From contig CAJINV010000007.1 of NCBI GenBank assembly GCA_905178155.1, positions 1 to 64,000 of the forward strand: a stretch of DNA of 64,000 bases. The letters run 5' to 3'. This stretch comes from Amoebophrya sp. A120. Lineage: Eukaryota > Protista > Dinoflagellata. The notes beneath the pieces are model-generated. The model worked only from the letters and a program-made list of their open reading frames with translations. It made no database searches and was not told the DNA's origin. The position numbers and the translations under genes are program-made. Positions 46,989 to 59,800 of this stretch are shown in pieces; the stretch's first letter is position 1, and each line of letters opens with the position of its first letter.

Positions 46989-48730
46989 TCATCCTTCCCC
47001 TCCCCCGCCTTCCTCCTCCCAGCTATGCGTCATTTCCAGGGGCCCGCCAGATTCCGGATCCCGCAGTCGCATGCCGGTCAACTCCACAGTTCTCGCGTAA
47101 ATCCGCTGCACCTCCTTCCATTCCTCTTTCAGTAACTCGTTGCTCGCCGGGTGTTCGTAGTCATTGTAAAGTTGGAGGGACAAGGTCTTCGTATCAAATG
47201 CAAAAATGTCTGGGAGGTCTGGAAGATTGTCATGCTAGTCTGGCATGACTCTGCACTCTGTATTGCGCGGCCACCAAGAGGTCCTCTTGCCTGTCATGCA
47301 AAAGCGCAGTTTCTCATGCGAAATACGCATCACAGAAGCACGAAAAAACTTGTCATGCTTGGCGGCGCATTACAGAGCACTTATTGTTCACGGACTTGCA
47401 TCACAAGTTTCCAGACCCAGACATTTTTGCAGTTGATACTTCGATTTCGGAAACAAATCGTCCATGAGCTCCTTCCGCACGACCGACGGGATCGTAGCAC
47501 CACCTCCGCTTCCCCCAAAACCCCCGCCGCCCTGTCCAGTATTACCCGTCATCCCCGGCACGGGCCCCCCAACGCTGCTGTTCTGCGCGACGTTTGTTCG
47601 GAGAAACTGCTGCAAAAAATCTTCCACCATCTTCGCTTTTTGCGCGTAGATTTTTCTTCTAAACTTTCGCTGTTGGACACCCTGCGCAAGCTTTTCCTTC
47701 TCGGCGTATTCTTCGTCTAACTTCGCCTGCTCCCTTATTTGCTCCTCCAAAGCTTTTTTTTCCAAGTCTGCTTTGATCTCCTCCGGCGTCAGATTTTTCC
47801 GCTTCTCCATCTCTAGCTCCACTATGCACTGCAAAAGTACAGTATCTAGTAGAAATCGCATGACAAATTTTCTCAGCATGAAAAATGGAATTTGTCATGC
47901 TGATTTACCTTGGGAATCAGATTTGTAATGCAAGAATGCGATTAGTACGAGTACGATACTTTTGCAAGGCATATCCACCTTCTCACAGTTGTGATTGCTG
48001 TACCGGCAGTTCTCGCACAGAATCCGCCCGCAGTGTGTATGCATTGCAAAGATGTATGGCTCTGGAAATTTGTGATGCGGGACTCGACAATTCTAAGAAC
48101 GTCTCCATTGACGGCCAAGCATGCCAAATTGTTGAGTTGTTAAGACGTGTTGCCTCTTCCTATTTATTCTGCTTCTGCATGACAAACCTTGCACTCTTCG
48201 TTCCAGACCACAACACATTTGCAATGCATAGTCCGGACACCAGAAAGATTCTACCATGGAAGTGACAACAAAGGACATTGACTTGGCGAATCGCTTCGTC
48301 GCCCGGTTTATCAAATGTAAAAATGTTCGGGTCTGGAAGAATGCATGTTTGTCATGCTTGTTTGGCATGACTCTTAAATCTGTCATGCAAGTTACCCAAG
48401 AGCTCTATTTTTCTGTGATGCAGAAACGCAGTTTGACATGCAGAATAGGCAACACCTAGAAGCTCAGAAACTTGTGATGCTGAGCCAGCATTTCTGGCCT
48501 CATCATGAGACGCCACCCAGCATCACAAGTTTCCAGACCCAGACATTTTTACAGTTGATACGGTTCCCGCAGTGCCCGCATTTCGCCTTGACAAATTCCT
48601 TGAAGCTGTCCGCGACGAATTTTTCGATTTGCTGTCGGTGCGGGTACCGCGGGTTGTCCGGGTCTTGCGGGAGAGGATTGCTTGGACCTGAAGAATCGAC
48701 GGCGGTGGAAGAGGAGGAGGCTGCGGCCAT
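46989..48730 (-). CDS. AN1-like zinc-finger and coiled-coil protein (5 exons)
   Basis: Removing four introners gives CGHCGNR...FWCPDCGRILCENCRYSNHNCEKVE followed by a charged coiled coil, all in frame. Confidence 0.75.
47192..47438. mobile_element. TIR introner, family A
   Basis: TATCAAATGCAAAAATGTCTGGG...CCCAGACATTTTTGCAGTTGATA; perfect direct repeat CTTCG. Confidence 0.93.
47823..47973. mobile_element. TIR introner, family C
   Basis: TATGCACTGCAAAAGTA...TACTTTTGCAAGGCATA; perfect direct repeat TCCAC. Confidence 0.92.
48038..48230. mobile_element. TIR introner, family A
   Basis: TATGCATTGCAAA...TTTGCAATGCATA; removal plus 5 nt restores CPDC. Confidence 0.88.
48309..48560. mobile_element. 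TIR introner, family A
   Basis: TATCAAATGTAAAAATGT...ACATTTTTACAGTTGATA; perfect direct repeat CGGTT. Confidence 0.93.
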
Positions 48731-49473
48731 TTTAAAATTACTTATACGGGAGCGGAGCGCAACAGGAAAACGTAAATGTAATGTTAAACAGACGCCAACG
48801 AGGAAAGGCACGAATTATATTAGAAGCGTTTCTGACAAGAATTACAGCTACAAATACTTCGTCGATGAAAATCAAAAATGTGGACACTGCTGGAAAGAGG
48901 TAATCATTTTTGATATGCTATTCTTTTGACTCGACAGACCACTTACAACTATGATGGATTTTCTGCCAGTTTTTTCAGAAGATGTAAATCGAAAAACTAA
49001 CAGAAAAATCAAGTAAGATACGTCAACAGTCAGCTGGAACTGCTTCAAGATGCGAATGAACAGGCACGAGTGAACATCAGCCGCATCTCACCATTATTGG
49101 TGACACTGCTTTTCATCTCCTAAAAATCTCACAACGGACTTCAAAAACTCATCTTTGTTCTCGGTTTTGTTCATCAAAAAATCATCTTTATTCTCGAGTC
49201 AGAGGATGTTTGCTCGTCGCGATCTCATCGCGGTGGAAGCTTTGTGTTGCTACTTCAATCTTCGGCATTTTTGTTAAATCGTTCTCTTATCCTGAGAAAG
49301 TGCGACGTGCTATCACGGCAGCTCGCTCGATTCCAGCCGCATTAATAGTTCACCTAAATTCAAAAGAAAGCCAGCTGCGAAACATATAATTTATCTCGAA
49401 TCATACAAAGCGTCGTGGACAGTAGCGCTAGTTTAGCACAGCTCTCCCGCAGATTTATTAAGTTGTCTCAGTC

Positions 49474-52400
49474 TCACTCCCCATCCTCCTTCTTCTCCAG
49501 CGGTCCATTTCCACTGGTCGATGTTTTATCGTCATCTTCATCATCTTCTACCTTCGTACTCTCCGACTCCGCCGCATCTTGTTCGCTAGAAGAAGTACTT
49601 CTTGTTCCCTCGTCATTTCCGTTTTCCTCTCCCCCGTTCCCGTTGCCGTTTGCAGTTGTGCTATCGGTGCTACAGTCCGGACAAGAATCTCCCTCCGTCA
49701 AAAACGCGTCCAGGCCAAACTATCAAAAGGAAAAATCTCGCCTCCCCATACTGAAAAGGTATATTTTTGGAAATCTGTGACGCCGATTTGTGGTCACAAA
49801 TCGTGTTTGTCTTGCAAGAAGGCAACTGCGCAGACAACCGCGGCATCGTGCAGACGGTTTGTCATGCTGTTGGGCCTGCAGCGCGGATGCTTTTCATGCT
49901 AAGCGCCTAGCCCAAAACCTCTCTACTCACACTTGATATGGGCTCGCAGTGCTCTCCCGCAAGACATCTCGGATTTGTGTACACAAATCCAGCATCAGAG
50001 ATTTCGTTTTGATGTGGGGAGGAGGAATTTTTCCTTTCGATACCAACATCCCGGAATTCACCCCCAGCGAGAAATAGTTTTCCGTTTCTGATTCCAACAA
50101 TATGAGAGTGCACAACTGCTCCCACTCCCCCTCATTTGTCATGCGAGAATCCAAATCCAGTCGCTGCGCTGCCTTGCCTTTGTGGCACTGTTTGCATGAC
50201 AGATTCTGAAGGAGCACAAACAGTACTAGATCAGGCACGCAAATTTGTAATGCACAGGCTCCACGTGTGCTGGTGTCTGTATTCCTTTTCATGCCACAGA
50301 AAGAAATGCGGGTGAGGGGGAGTTGTGCACTGTGATAAACAGGTTGCTCCACGCCTCGGTTGTCTCCTTCAACAATTCGTCGGCTTTTTTCTTCATTTCC
50401 CCGCATTCATCGTTGTTTTGCAAATGCTTTTCCCCGCCGCCGCCGCCGCTGCAGAGAAGCCATTTCAGGATTAAAGCACTATGCATTGCAAAAGTACCGC
50501 ACTCTTCATAGTAATTATTGCATTACAAATTGACTCGGCATGACAAATTGCCGATTTACCTCAACAGCCAGACTTGTAATGCATAAACGCAATTAGGACG
50601 AGTGCGATACCTTTGCAGTGCATAAGCACGAAACCCGGTCAACTTTTTCACCGCGTGCTTCATGTCCAAGGACCAGGTTTCCAGCCACAAGTCCATCCGG
50701 TTCTTGGCACGGGTGCTGTAATATTTTTATTCGTGTAGAAGGATTCATCTTTGAAATTAGCATGACAAACTCGTGCGGTGCACCAGTAGCATCTTCGTAC
50801 AGGAGCACCTGCACCACAATCGAATCACAGGCCCGCATACCCGCATGACAAACACGGTGGTGGTCCATTTATTGCATGACAGATTCCTATTGATGACAAC
50901 GGAAAAATCAATATTATACAGTCCCTCCGCCGCAATAGCCGTCTGCAGTTTGTTCAAGGACAGCGTGTGCACCACCACCGCAAAGCATCCTGAGGAGAAA
51001 CGTCCCCACAGCTAAGTTGTCATGCAGATTTGCATGTTCTTGTGCAGGAACGTCTGCAAAGAGCGAGCCTCTCCATGTCGTGGGGCACTCCCAGTCGCGT
51101 TTTGGCATTTGTAACGCACGTGTAAAAAGGGTAAGCAGCTTGCTTGGAGCTTTGCGATTGAGTGCGACGGACTGTCCTTGCTGAAAATCTGCGCTACACT
51201 CCAGATACGAAAATTTCTCATGTGTGTGACCTCCAAGAGTTCTGGATTTGTGTTGCAAGAGTTTACATATGTGGAAAACGTTTTCACCCAGAATACAGAG
51301 TCCAACTTGTTCAACGCCACCGAAAACTCGTCCACATCGTAGTCGTCGACTTTGTCATCAATGTTCGCGTCCGTGATGTTTTTCACGTCGATGCTGGCAT
51401 CGGAGTGCGCAAACTATGCATTGCAATAGTATCTTTTCCTCGTAGTCGTACTCGTAGTAAAAATAGCATCACAAATTTCTCAGAGGGAGAAATGGAAATT
51501 GTAATGCTAAATTTCCGTATAGAAAACAGATCTGTCACGCATGACTGCGATTCATACGAGAGCACGATTGACTTTTGCAGAGCTTAGAAACAGCCGGTCC
51601 GCGATGATCCTCACTTTTGCCAACGCGGTGAAAACGGAGGTGGCCGAGTTGATCTCCATCTGGAGCGTTTCAAAAGCGGAGGACTTGCGTTTCTCGAATT
51701 CTTTCAGCACCGGAATCCAGTTCGGGTACAGATCCCCGTACATTTCCGGGAACGACGGTGCGTGGTTGTCGTGGACTTCTAAGTCCGGGATGATAACGGG
51801 CGGGATGTAGCTTAGCTTTTCAATTTCCTCATCTTCATTTTCTTCATCCTCATCTTTCTCGTCCTCATTTTCCGCACTGTCCCCGAGTTCCTCACGCCCT
51901 TGCGAGTCGGAGTACGGAGAGGCCTCATCATCATCATCATCATCTCTTCCTGCAACGTCGGCGTTTGTTGTTTTCTCGCCGCTTTTCTCAATCTTCCCCG
52001 CTCCCAGAGTGTTATCTCCGTCCGCCGTCTCTCCGCTCTCTTCCACATCCGCACTGTCAACGTCCTCAGACTCATATCCTGTGCAAAAGTATCGCACTCG
52101 TATAAATGCCAGGCTAGCATGACAAATCTGGTTTCTTAGGTAATTTAGCATGACAAATTCAATTTTTCATGCTGAGGAAATTTGTAATGCATTTATACGA
52201 CACCGATACTTTTGCAGTTCATAACTCAGGTTGCTGTTGGACGGACGGCGGATTACTAGCGCCGGAGGAGTTTGCCTTGTCATTTTCCGAACCTGGTGTT
52301 GCTCCACCGCTTCTTTCATCGGAATCATCGCTGTCTTTGTTTTTGTCCTCCTGTTCGCTCTCACCTTCTGGTGACTGCCTGTTTCGCCTTACACGCCTGG

Positions 52401-53214
52401 AAATGCTACTTTTGTTGAGCTTAGAAGTTTTCTGGTCAGTAGTTCCTTTTTGAAAACTCTTCTTTGCAGCTGTGCTCACCAGGTTCAGGCCCTGCTTCAC
52501 TCGATGGCCATGATGAGATTTGCTACTCTGGAGGTGCCTCGCAGCAGCTTTTCTTTGCGATCTTGCAAGGGCGCGAAAATCATGCCTGTTGCGTTTGTTG
52601 TTCCGAAGATTGCTGCTTGACCGGCCCGTCCCACGGATCTTGCCACGGCCGCCCCGTCGAAGTTGTTGATGGACGAGTTCATCTTGTGCCACTTTGGGTC
52701 TCGACGAGGCAGATGATCGTGCCTGCGAGGATTTCGCCAGAAAAGCAGCCGCTTGCCCTCTCGACGCGGCGCTGTTTTTAACTCTCCGCTGCTGCTGGTG
52801 CGGGTTGGTTTTTGCACTGCCACGGGCTTCTCTGCTGGTAGTTGATGGCGAGGACGAGATCACGTGTTGTACTTCAGGAGCGGACGCAGTAACTGTTGGA
52901 GCCGGATGTTGAACTTGAGACGAAGATTCTCCGCCTACTTTGTGAAACCAATTCTGGATCCTTTCGCCGAGAGAAGGCAGTTTTTCCGACGAAAGCAGGT
53001 GCTGGCCAGTGTCATCCACATGGTGCAGGTGATGTTGGTCCTCGTCCGCTTGATATACTTCTCGTCGACGGGAATTATCGGGCTCGATGCCTCGCGCGTT
53101 TGTGAAGGGTGCTGTAGCGGGAGTCAGGGTGTTGGCCAAGAAAACGCTAGATGGGGTGAGCCAGTGCCAAAATAGTGCTCTCAGACACAAAAAGGTCCGA
53201 GGCGAGTGGCCCAT
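49474..53214 (-). CDS. Uncharacterised multi-exon protein with a hydrophobic N-terminus (possibly secreted)
   Basis: ORFs 52219, 51552, 51012, 50289 and 49474 separated by introners; PE/SEDV junction is in frame; no family recognised. Confidence 0.6.
49721..50042. mobile_element. TIR introner, family E
   Basis: TATCAAAAGGAAAAATCTCGCCTCCCCA...TGGGGAGGAGGAATTTTTCCTTTCGATA; flanks CAAAC/CCAAC. Confidence 0.85.
50101..50337. mobile_element. TIR introner, family F
   Basis: TATGAGAGTGCACAACT...AGTTGTGCACTGTGATA; flanks AACAA/AACAG. Confidence 0.85.
50480..50624. mobile_element. TIR introner, family C
   Basis: TATGCATTGCAAAAGTACCGCACTC...GAGTGCGATACCTTTGCAGTGCATA; perfect direct repeat AGCAC. Confidence 0.92.
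51415..51586. mobile_element. TIR introner, family C
   Basis: TATGCATTGCAATAGT...ACTTTTGCAGAGCTTA; flanks CAAAC/GAAAC. Confidence 0.78.
52075..52223. mobile_element. TIR introner, family C
   Basis: TATCCTGTGCAAAAGTATCG...CGATACTTTTGCAGTTCATA; perfect direct repeat ACTCA. Confidence 0.93.
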
Positions 53215-53639
53215 TATTGTTCGCCGACGCAGGAGTGGTGCGTCGTTGTTGCTCTCATCTGGGCTATGGCGGTGGCTGTGAGGTGTAGATGTATTACGGT
53301 TCGGAAAAACAGAGCATTATGCAAATGTCGAACGGGTTCTCAACAAATGACACATGGCTTCGACTAAGTAGTACGCTGCTGTGCCTACCGAGGTAGCAAG
53401 CATTCTGCCGCCGCTGAAGCGATCAAACGAACAAAAGGCTGACGCCTTGTATGGGTACGCAGGCACCGCCAAGCGAGAGGCCTGCATCGCATCGCCCAAG
53501 CTCTGTGATTCGACAGACGGACAGGAAATCGCCCCAACGCCGCCAAACATTTCTCTTTTCTCGGAAACTGTGGCTGCGCCCGCGAGCACCTCCAAAACAA
53601 CGAACCTCGCGGGACGAACACGATAAGGCAGTACGCGCC

Positions 53640-55500
53640 GGCTAAACTACAACTGCCTGCGCGCCACGCGCCCGGCGTGGACCGGCGACCCCCTTCCCAT
53701 CCCATCACCCGAGCGCCCGGGCATACATAGAAAAAAGCCCCGGGCAGGCGTGTGCGTCGTGATAGATTGATTCTGCCGGCCGCCCGGCCGCGGGCGGGCG
53801 GCCCCCGGGCAACCTCTCTGGGCCGCCCCCATGCGGATCTCGTGGGTAGACAGTTCGCTGCTGCCGGTTTTCGGCCAGCCATCATGTGGGACCAGGTCCC
53901 TGCCATTCTGTCCTTCTCCAGATGGTTTCGCGCCCCCCTTCGGGCGACTGGGCAGGCAAGCCGGCCCGCCAAGCAAGCGGCGGCAGCGGCGGCAAGCAAG
54001 GTCAAACGGCGCGGCCCATCGATCCAATCTGCCAACAGCGGCGCGACGCTACATGGCGGGGCGCCCTAGGAGCTAAAACAAGCCGCGCGCGTGCGAAAGA
54101 CGGGCGGGGCGCCGGCTTTGTGCCGGCTGCCGGTTGCTGTGCCCACGCGCGCCAGCGCGCGGCTCGGCCCCTTCAGGCTCTGGGCAATGCGTCCGCGCAG
54201 AGTTCAGGCAGTTGGATGGGCTCCGCAGCGGGTTCAACTTGCTCTCGCCGAACTTCTTCAGGATGCCCAGCAACAAACGGGCCCCTTCCTTGAACCGGCG
54301 GCCCGTGAAGCGGGCGCAGAACTGCATCACACGGCCCGCCCCTTCTTGGCGAAATCGGCAGACACCTCCTTGATGGCCCCCCCCCATGCCAGCCTGCAAG
54401 GAAGCACGCACCCCGCTTCGGCCGGCCCGGGCCCTTTTGCAGTGTCTTGAACGACGGACCGCTACCCCCCAAGGCCCAAGGGCGTGGCCCGGCTCGCCCT
54501 CGCCCGCTTGCGAGGGAAGAATTGCAAACACGGCCCCACCACGCACTGCCGGGGCGATGCTGTCCCTGCATGTGTCCCACCCGGGCGCCATGGACACTGC
54601 ACAAACAGCGGCCGCGCCAGCGTGACAGGCTGACCCACTTGCTTCTATCTAGGCGCCCCCTTCCGGCCCGCCGTTCCCGACGTGGCTCCGCGTGTGGTGC
54701 TTGCGTCTCCGCGCGCCGACTTTGCAGGCAGGGCCATGGCTCTACCTTGCACGCGCACAACCTAGCAAGATGGGTCGGTCGCGGGCCTCCTCACTCGGCG
54801 CGCTGCGCCCGGCCTCAATGATTTGCGGAAAAGGGGCGGCCGCGCACGCACAGGGGCGCGCACTCGCTCCCTCTGACCGCCCTCGTGGCGGCGCCCGCCC
54901 AGCTACAAACGGCGCCGCAGCTCCCTGGCCTCCGCAGTTAGGACTGTTGCGCCAGGCACGTCTCGCGGTCTTGGCGGTGTGGGGGCGATAATGGAGGGGG
55001 CGCCTTACGCTTTCCGTCGCTTTCTCTCCCGCTTCGAAGGGGGCCTACGCCGCTTGCACCGGCGCGGTGGCCTTTTTCCCTTGCTTGTTTGGCGCGGGCA
55101 GAAATACTACCGCGCCCGGCTTCCCGCGCAAGTTGCGCCGGGCCGGCTGCCGTGGTCGCCAGCCTCGCGGGAAACGAAAGCCAGCGCCTCCGGTGCGTGC
55201 GGCTTTTGCTGCGGCATCGGGCAGGAAACTGACGCACATTCTGGCCATCGTGAGGCAGTGGCCGCGCATCAGCTTCGGGGCGGTCTCCAGGGGTTACATC
55301 TTTCACGATGCGCCAGATGCTCCCGCCGGGCTGCGCCTACGGTTGTTTCCGGTAGGGCGCCACACTGGGCCCATGAAGTCGCAAACCGGCCGCGTGGGCC
55401 GGGTCGGCGAAAGGAGCAAAAGGCCACAGAGCTGGCGCCCATGCGCGGGGCTAGGTAAGTACTCGATCCTTCTTGGTTCGGCGAGACCTACCAGGCGTCA
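53640..55500. other. GC-rich intergenic island
   Basis: Composition shift between the unknown gene and the coronin 3' end. Confidence 0.7.
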
Positions 55501-56845
55501 GTATCTTCTTGTGGCACCCGGGCGAGAAAAACGAACACCTTTGCCAGCCGACGAGCACAAACAAATTATTCGCTGAGCGCGGAAGATAGACGGCGTCTTT
55601 CTTTGCCATGCATTTCTGCTTTCGCCGCATTCCTCGACCTCTATTTCGCCTAGATTTGATGCTGTATTCAGGTTCATTTCTTTCTTTTTCCGTGATACAC
55701 ATGTACGTGAGACTCAAACAGACACTCTCGCGGCGTAAAAGTTTCATTGGACAGTGCCGGCCGTATGGCACCTGTACCGTCTTCGAGCCAGGGAGTCATA
55801 GTTTCATTTAAGCACATACGGTGTTTGAGATATGTGAAGTGGTTTGGTTGATTTTTCTTCAGGAGAAGGAGGCTCTAATGTTCCGGATCCAGGGCTGCCG
55901 CAACCAAGTATGTTGCGGGATTAAAAAAAGTTGGATTTAACAAAAGCGTTAGTGCGGTCTGAGAGGGATTGAAACAAGGAGCGAGTTTGTAGCTTATGCT
56001 CTTTTTATCCCTCGTTATTTTTGTTAAAATTGATTTAATATTTCCATTCGAGATTACTGGGCTTAGCGTTCCATCTGCGTGAAAAAATTGAAAAACTTTG
56101 CAGCGGTGGTGGTCGAGGTATAGTATGGTAATAAAGCGAGCGGGGTTTTCGAGGACGACCAGTAAAGGATCACTTCCAGGCTCTTTTTCATCTAGTTCAA
56201 CAAGAAACGTAAAACCATATCAAAAGAGGCTATGGCGAATTTGTTGAAAGAGTACCTAAAGGGCAACTTACAAATAGCTTTTCAGTCACTTCTGGAGGTC
56301 AGGAAGTAATAAAGGCGGGGGAGCAAGCGGCACGCGTGTAATTGTAATAAACAAGTACAACGCGCGCATCTTCCATAAAAAAAAAAAAAAATGAACGATA
56401 GAAAATCACTGTGGCCGTAGCAGCCTCGGGGATAAGGATAACAACTTACTAGTTGAAATATCGTATAGCTACTACGTGGCTGCGATGTCTTTCTCTTGCT
56501 GGGATGTGGCGAAGTTGAAACTATATCTAAAGTCGTGCATTGGCTTCGGTTCATGTTCAACGAAATTTTTGTAAAATTGAGCTGCAGGAGTGTGTCATCA
56601 TGTAATTTGAACAATTAGACGTGTAGTTATTTCTAGCTGAACTCAAGCTGGATATTCATTTCACATTCACCTTCGCAATTTACGCGTAAATTTTTCGAAA
56701 CGACGTATAAGGTATCAATTGAATCATACACCGGTCCTACGGTAGTATCTGTAGTGCCGCGCTCAAATCATTCAAATGGAAAAGTGAAAGTTGGACCCAG
56801 GAAATTTCTCTTCTCTTCCACTTTCCTCGACCAATTTCAATTCTT

Positions 56846-59800
56846 CTAATCCACCCCATTCTGGTCATCGACAGTAAGCAAATCCTTCTCCTGTCCCGTG
56901 TCAACACGGTTCATTCCCGCAACTACACCGCCCTTCTCCTTCTTCTCTTTCTTGTCCTTTTTCTTTTTCTTCACCTGCACCTGTTCCGTCCCGATTACAT
57001 TTCCGTTTTCATCATACACCTCCTGCTCCACGAATTCCTTCTCTTTTTTCTTCTTCTTTTTCTCGGTTGTTGGCAGGATCGCGGGGGCGGCTCCTTCAAC
57101 TTCTCCAACAACAGCACTTTTCTTCTCCTTTTTCTTCGTAGTGGACACTGCGCGATTACCTGCGATTATCTGAGCTGCAGCTGTTCCCTCGACTTCCCCG
57201 TCCCCCGGCAAAATCGTCTGGTCCACCGCTGGAACTACAATATGCGTTCCTGTTGGAGTCAAAACCTTGGCAGTCGTAGTCGTGGGAGTTTTCAGCACCG
57301 GTTGCTTGATGGATGTAGTTTTGCTTTTGCTGGTGCTGGTGCCGTAGTTGATTTTATCTTCTTGTGATGTCGAATTGGAAAAGTTGTCTCTTCCGGCAAC
57401 CACTTCGTTCTTGATGTTTCGCAAGATGGAAGACGATGACGAAGATCCACCTGCAGCTGCTGTTCTAGAGGATTCAGACGTCTTGATGCTGCCGCTCACA
57501 CTTTGATCCCCGGACACCAGTGCTTCTGTTCCTGCTCCTCCTGGAGGACCCTCCAGCAGACCCTGATGTGCTGTTACCCCTCCTGCTATAATTCCAGATG
57601 ATTCTCTGGTCGACAATTTCGTGCTGTCAATCCGCCTCGTCGGGGGTGCAAAAGAGCTTGTAGCTCCGGGTTGCTGCTGCTGCTGTCCGTTATCCTCGTC
57701 CCCCACTGGAGAAGCAGTCGCCGTCACATTTACGACCGGAACGGTCGCGTGTTGATCCGCCCCTGAATTCGTCGGTCGGAGGTTGTGATAATTCGACGAT
57801 GATGCAGAGTGCATTGTTGTAGAGTTGGTGGATTTATGCATAGAAGTTCCTCTCGAGGAGGAGGACGCAGCTTCAGGAGCGTCTGATGGCAGAACCTGCT
57901 GCGGTTGCCCCCCACAACTACCCGCGGAGCATGTTCCCCCGTTCCGCCCACCCGACTGCGAGCTCGCCGTCGAACTAGCCTTGGACTCCTGGCTTATGCA
58001 TTGCAAAAGCATTGCACTCGTATGATTTGCTGCTATGCATGACAAATCTAGTTTCTTACCTGCGTTAGCATTGCAAATTCCACTTTTCTTCTTCTAAGAA
58101 AATTTGTATATATGCAATTCGTACTAGTACGCTATACCTTTGCAGTGCATATGGCTTCTCGATGACAGATTACTCGCGGAACTGCTCATGTTCAGTTTGC
58201 GCCGAGTTGATCTCCCTTGGATTCTTGTTCCGTCAATGTCCAAAAACTTGCTCTGTTGCCCAGTCGTTCTCGTGCCCATAGAAGCTGCTGCTGCTTTGCT
58301 GTTGCTGCTGCTGTTGGTGTGTACAACCCCCTGAAGTAGACCACTCTGCTGCGCCGTCATCCGCTTGGACGCGTCGGAGGGTATCCTGTGCAAAAGTATC
58401 GCACTCGTAGAAATGCAAGATTTGCATTACAAATCTTTTTTCAGAAAGTAAATCCGCATTACAGATTTCATTTCTCATGCTGAGGGCATTTGTAATGCAT
58501 TTACACGAGTACGATACTTTTGCAAAGCATAGAGGGAAGGGGGTGCTCATGTCCAGCTACCTCCTGATCATCACAGTCCGTGGGCGTAGTCATATTGACG
58601 GACGTATTGTAGGTTTGTCTTGCGGAATTCATCACATGATTCACACTAGTTGTGCCTGAGACTGTTCCTGCTGTCATCATGTTGCTGGTGAAAATAGATC
58701 CGCTTAAATCTTTCGAGTTCTATGCCTTACAAATATGCCTGGGTCTGGAAGGATGCAAGGTTTGTCATGCTTGTCTAGCATGACTGAAGAGTTTGTCATG
58801 CGTTTTCAAGAAGAGATCCCTTTGCTTGTCATGCAAAAACGCAGTTTGTAATGCGGAAAACGCAACACTAAACAGCTCACTATGCCCAACCCAGCATTAC
58901 AAGTTTCCAGACCCAGACACATTTGCACTTGATAAGTTCGATCTCGACTCCACTTCTCCCGCTGATATGGTTTGCGACTGGTGCATCCCGAACGCCCATG
59001 GGGTGGCGACTTCGGGGTAAAACAGGAAGCTGTTGTTGTTTTTCCTCGACGCAGACGAAGAACCAACATCTTCCGCCGCAAAACCAACATCTTCCGCCAC
59101 ACAACTGCCACTGCGCTGTTTCTTTTGTTGATTATACAGTGACTTCTTGTAGTCCAGAGCGCCCGTCATGCTGCTCATCATGTTGATCTGCGACGCTTGC
59201 GGCTGGGATCGGATGTACTGAACGCAGTCTTCACTTGCCAGAGCCGGGGGGGACGACGACGAACTCGAACACGAAGCCGCATGACCCTCGCTGTGTTTCA
59301 TCACCGTTTTAAGATTCTGTTGCTCCCTCTTCGACTTGTTCGGTTTCTGCATTAGAAGCTTGTCAGACACGAGGCTCCTTCCTCGGGTGGACAAGTCTGT
59401 TGTCGCTGCACCAAGAACTCCTCCTTTCGGATTGTTACTCTTCGCTGGCCCAGGCCGCGCACCGTCAAAGACATGCAGGTGGTCGTTGTGCTGCGTGCTA
59501 GTATTCTCCAAAGAACCCCGACCACCATCTCCCGAGTCCGGTAACACGAAGGATGTCTTCGGTGCGGGAATCACCACGGAGTTTGTCGTGATTCCCTCTT
59601 CTATCGTTGCCGTGCTTGATCTGCGCTCTGGGTCGTCAGAATAGCAAGGGATTTTTCCGCTAGTAAATGGATTGCTCTCGCTGTTATCATCGCTGGAGGT
59701 TGCTGCTGCTGGTGCTGCTGCACTTGTTGTACTAGCTCCCCCCGCCGGGTCGTGAACTACACATAGCAGAACGCTCTGCACCTCCTTCCTAAGCCGTCTC

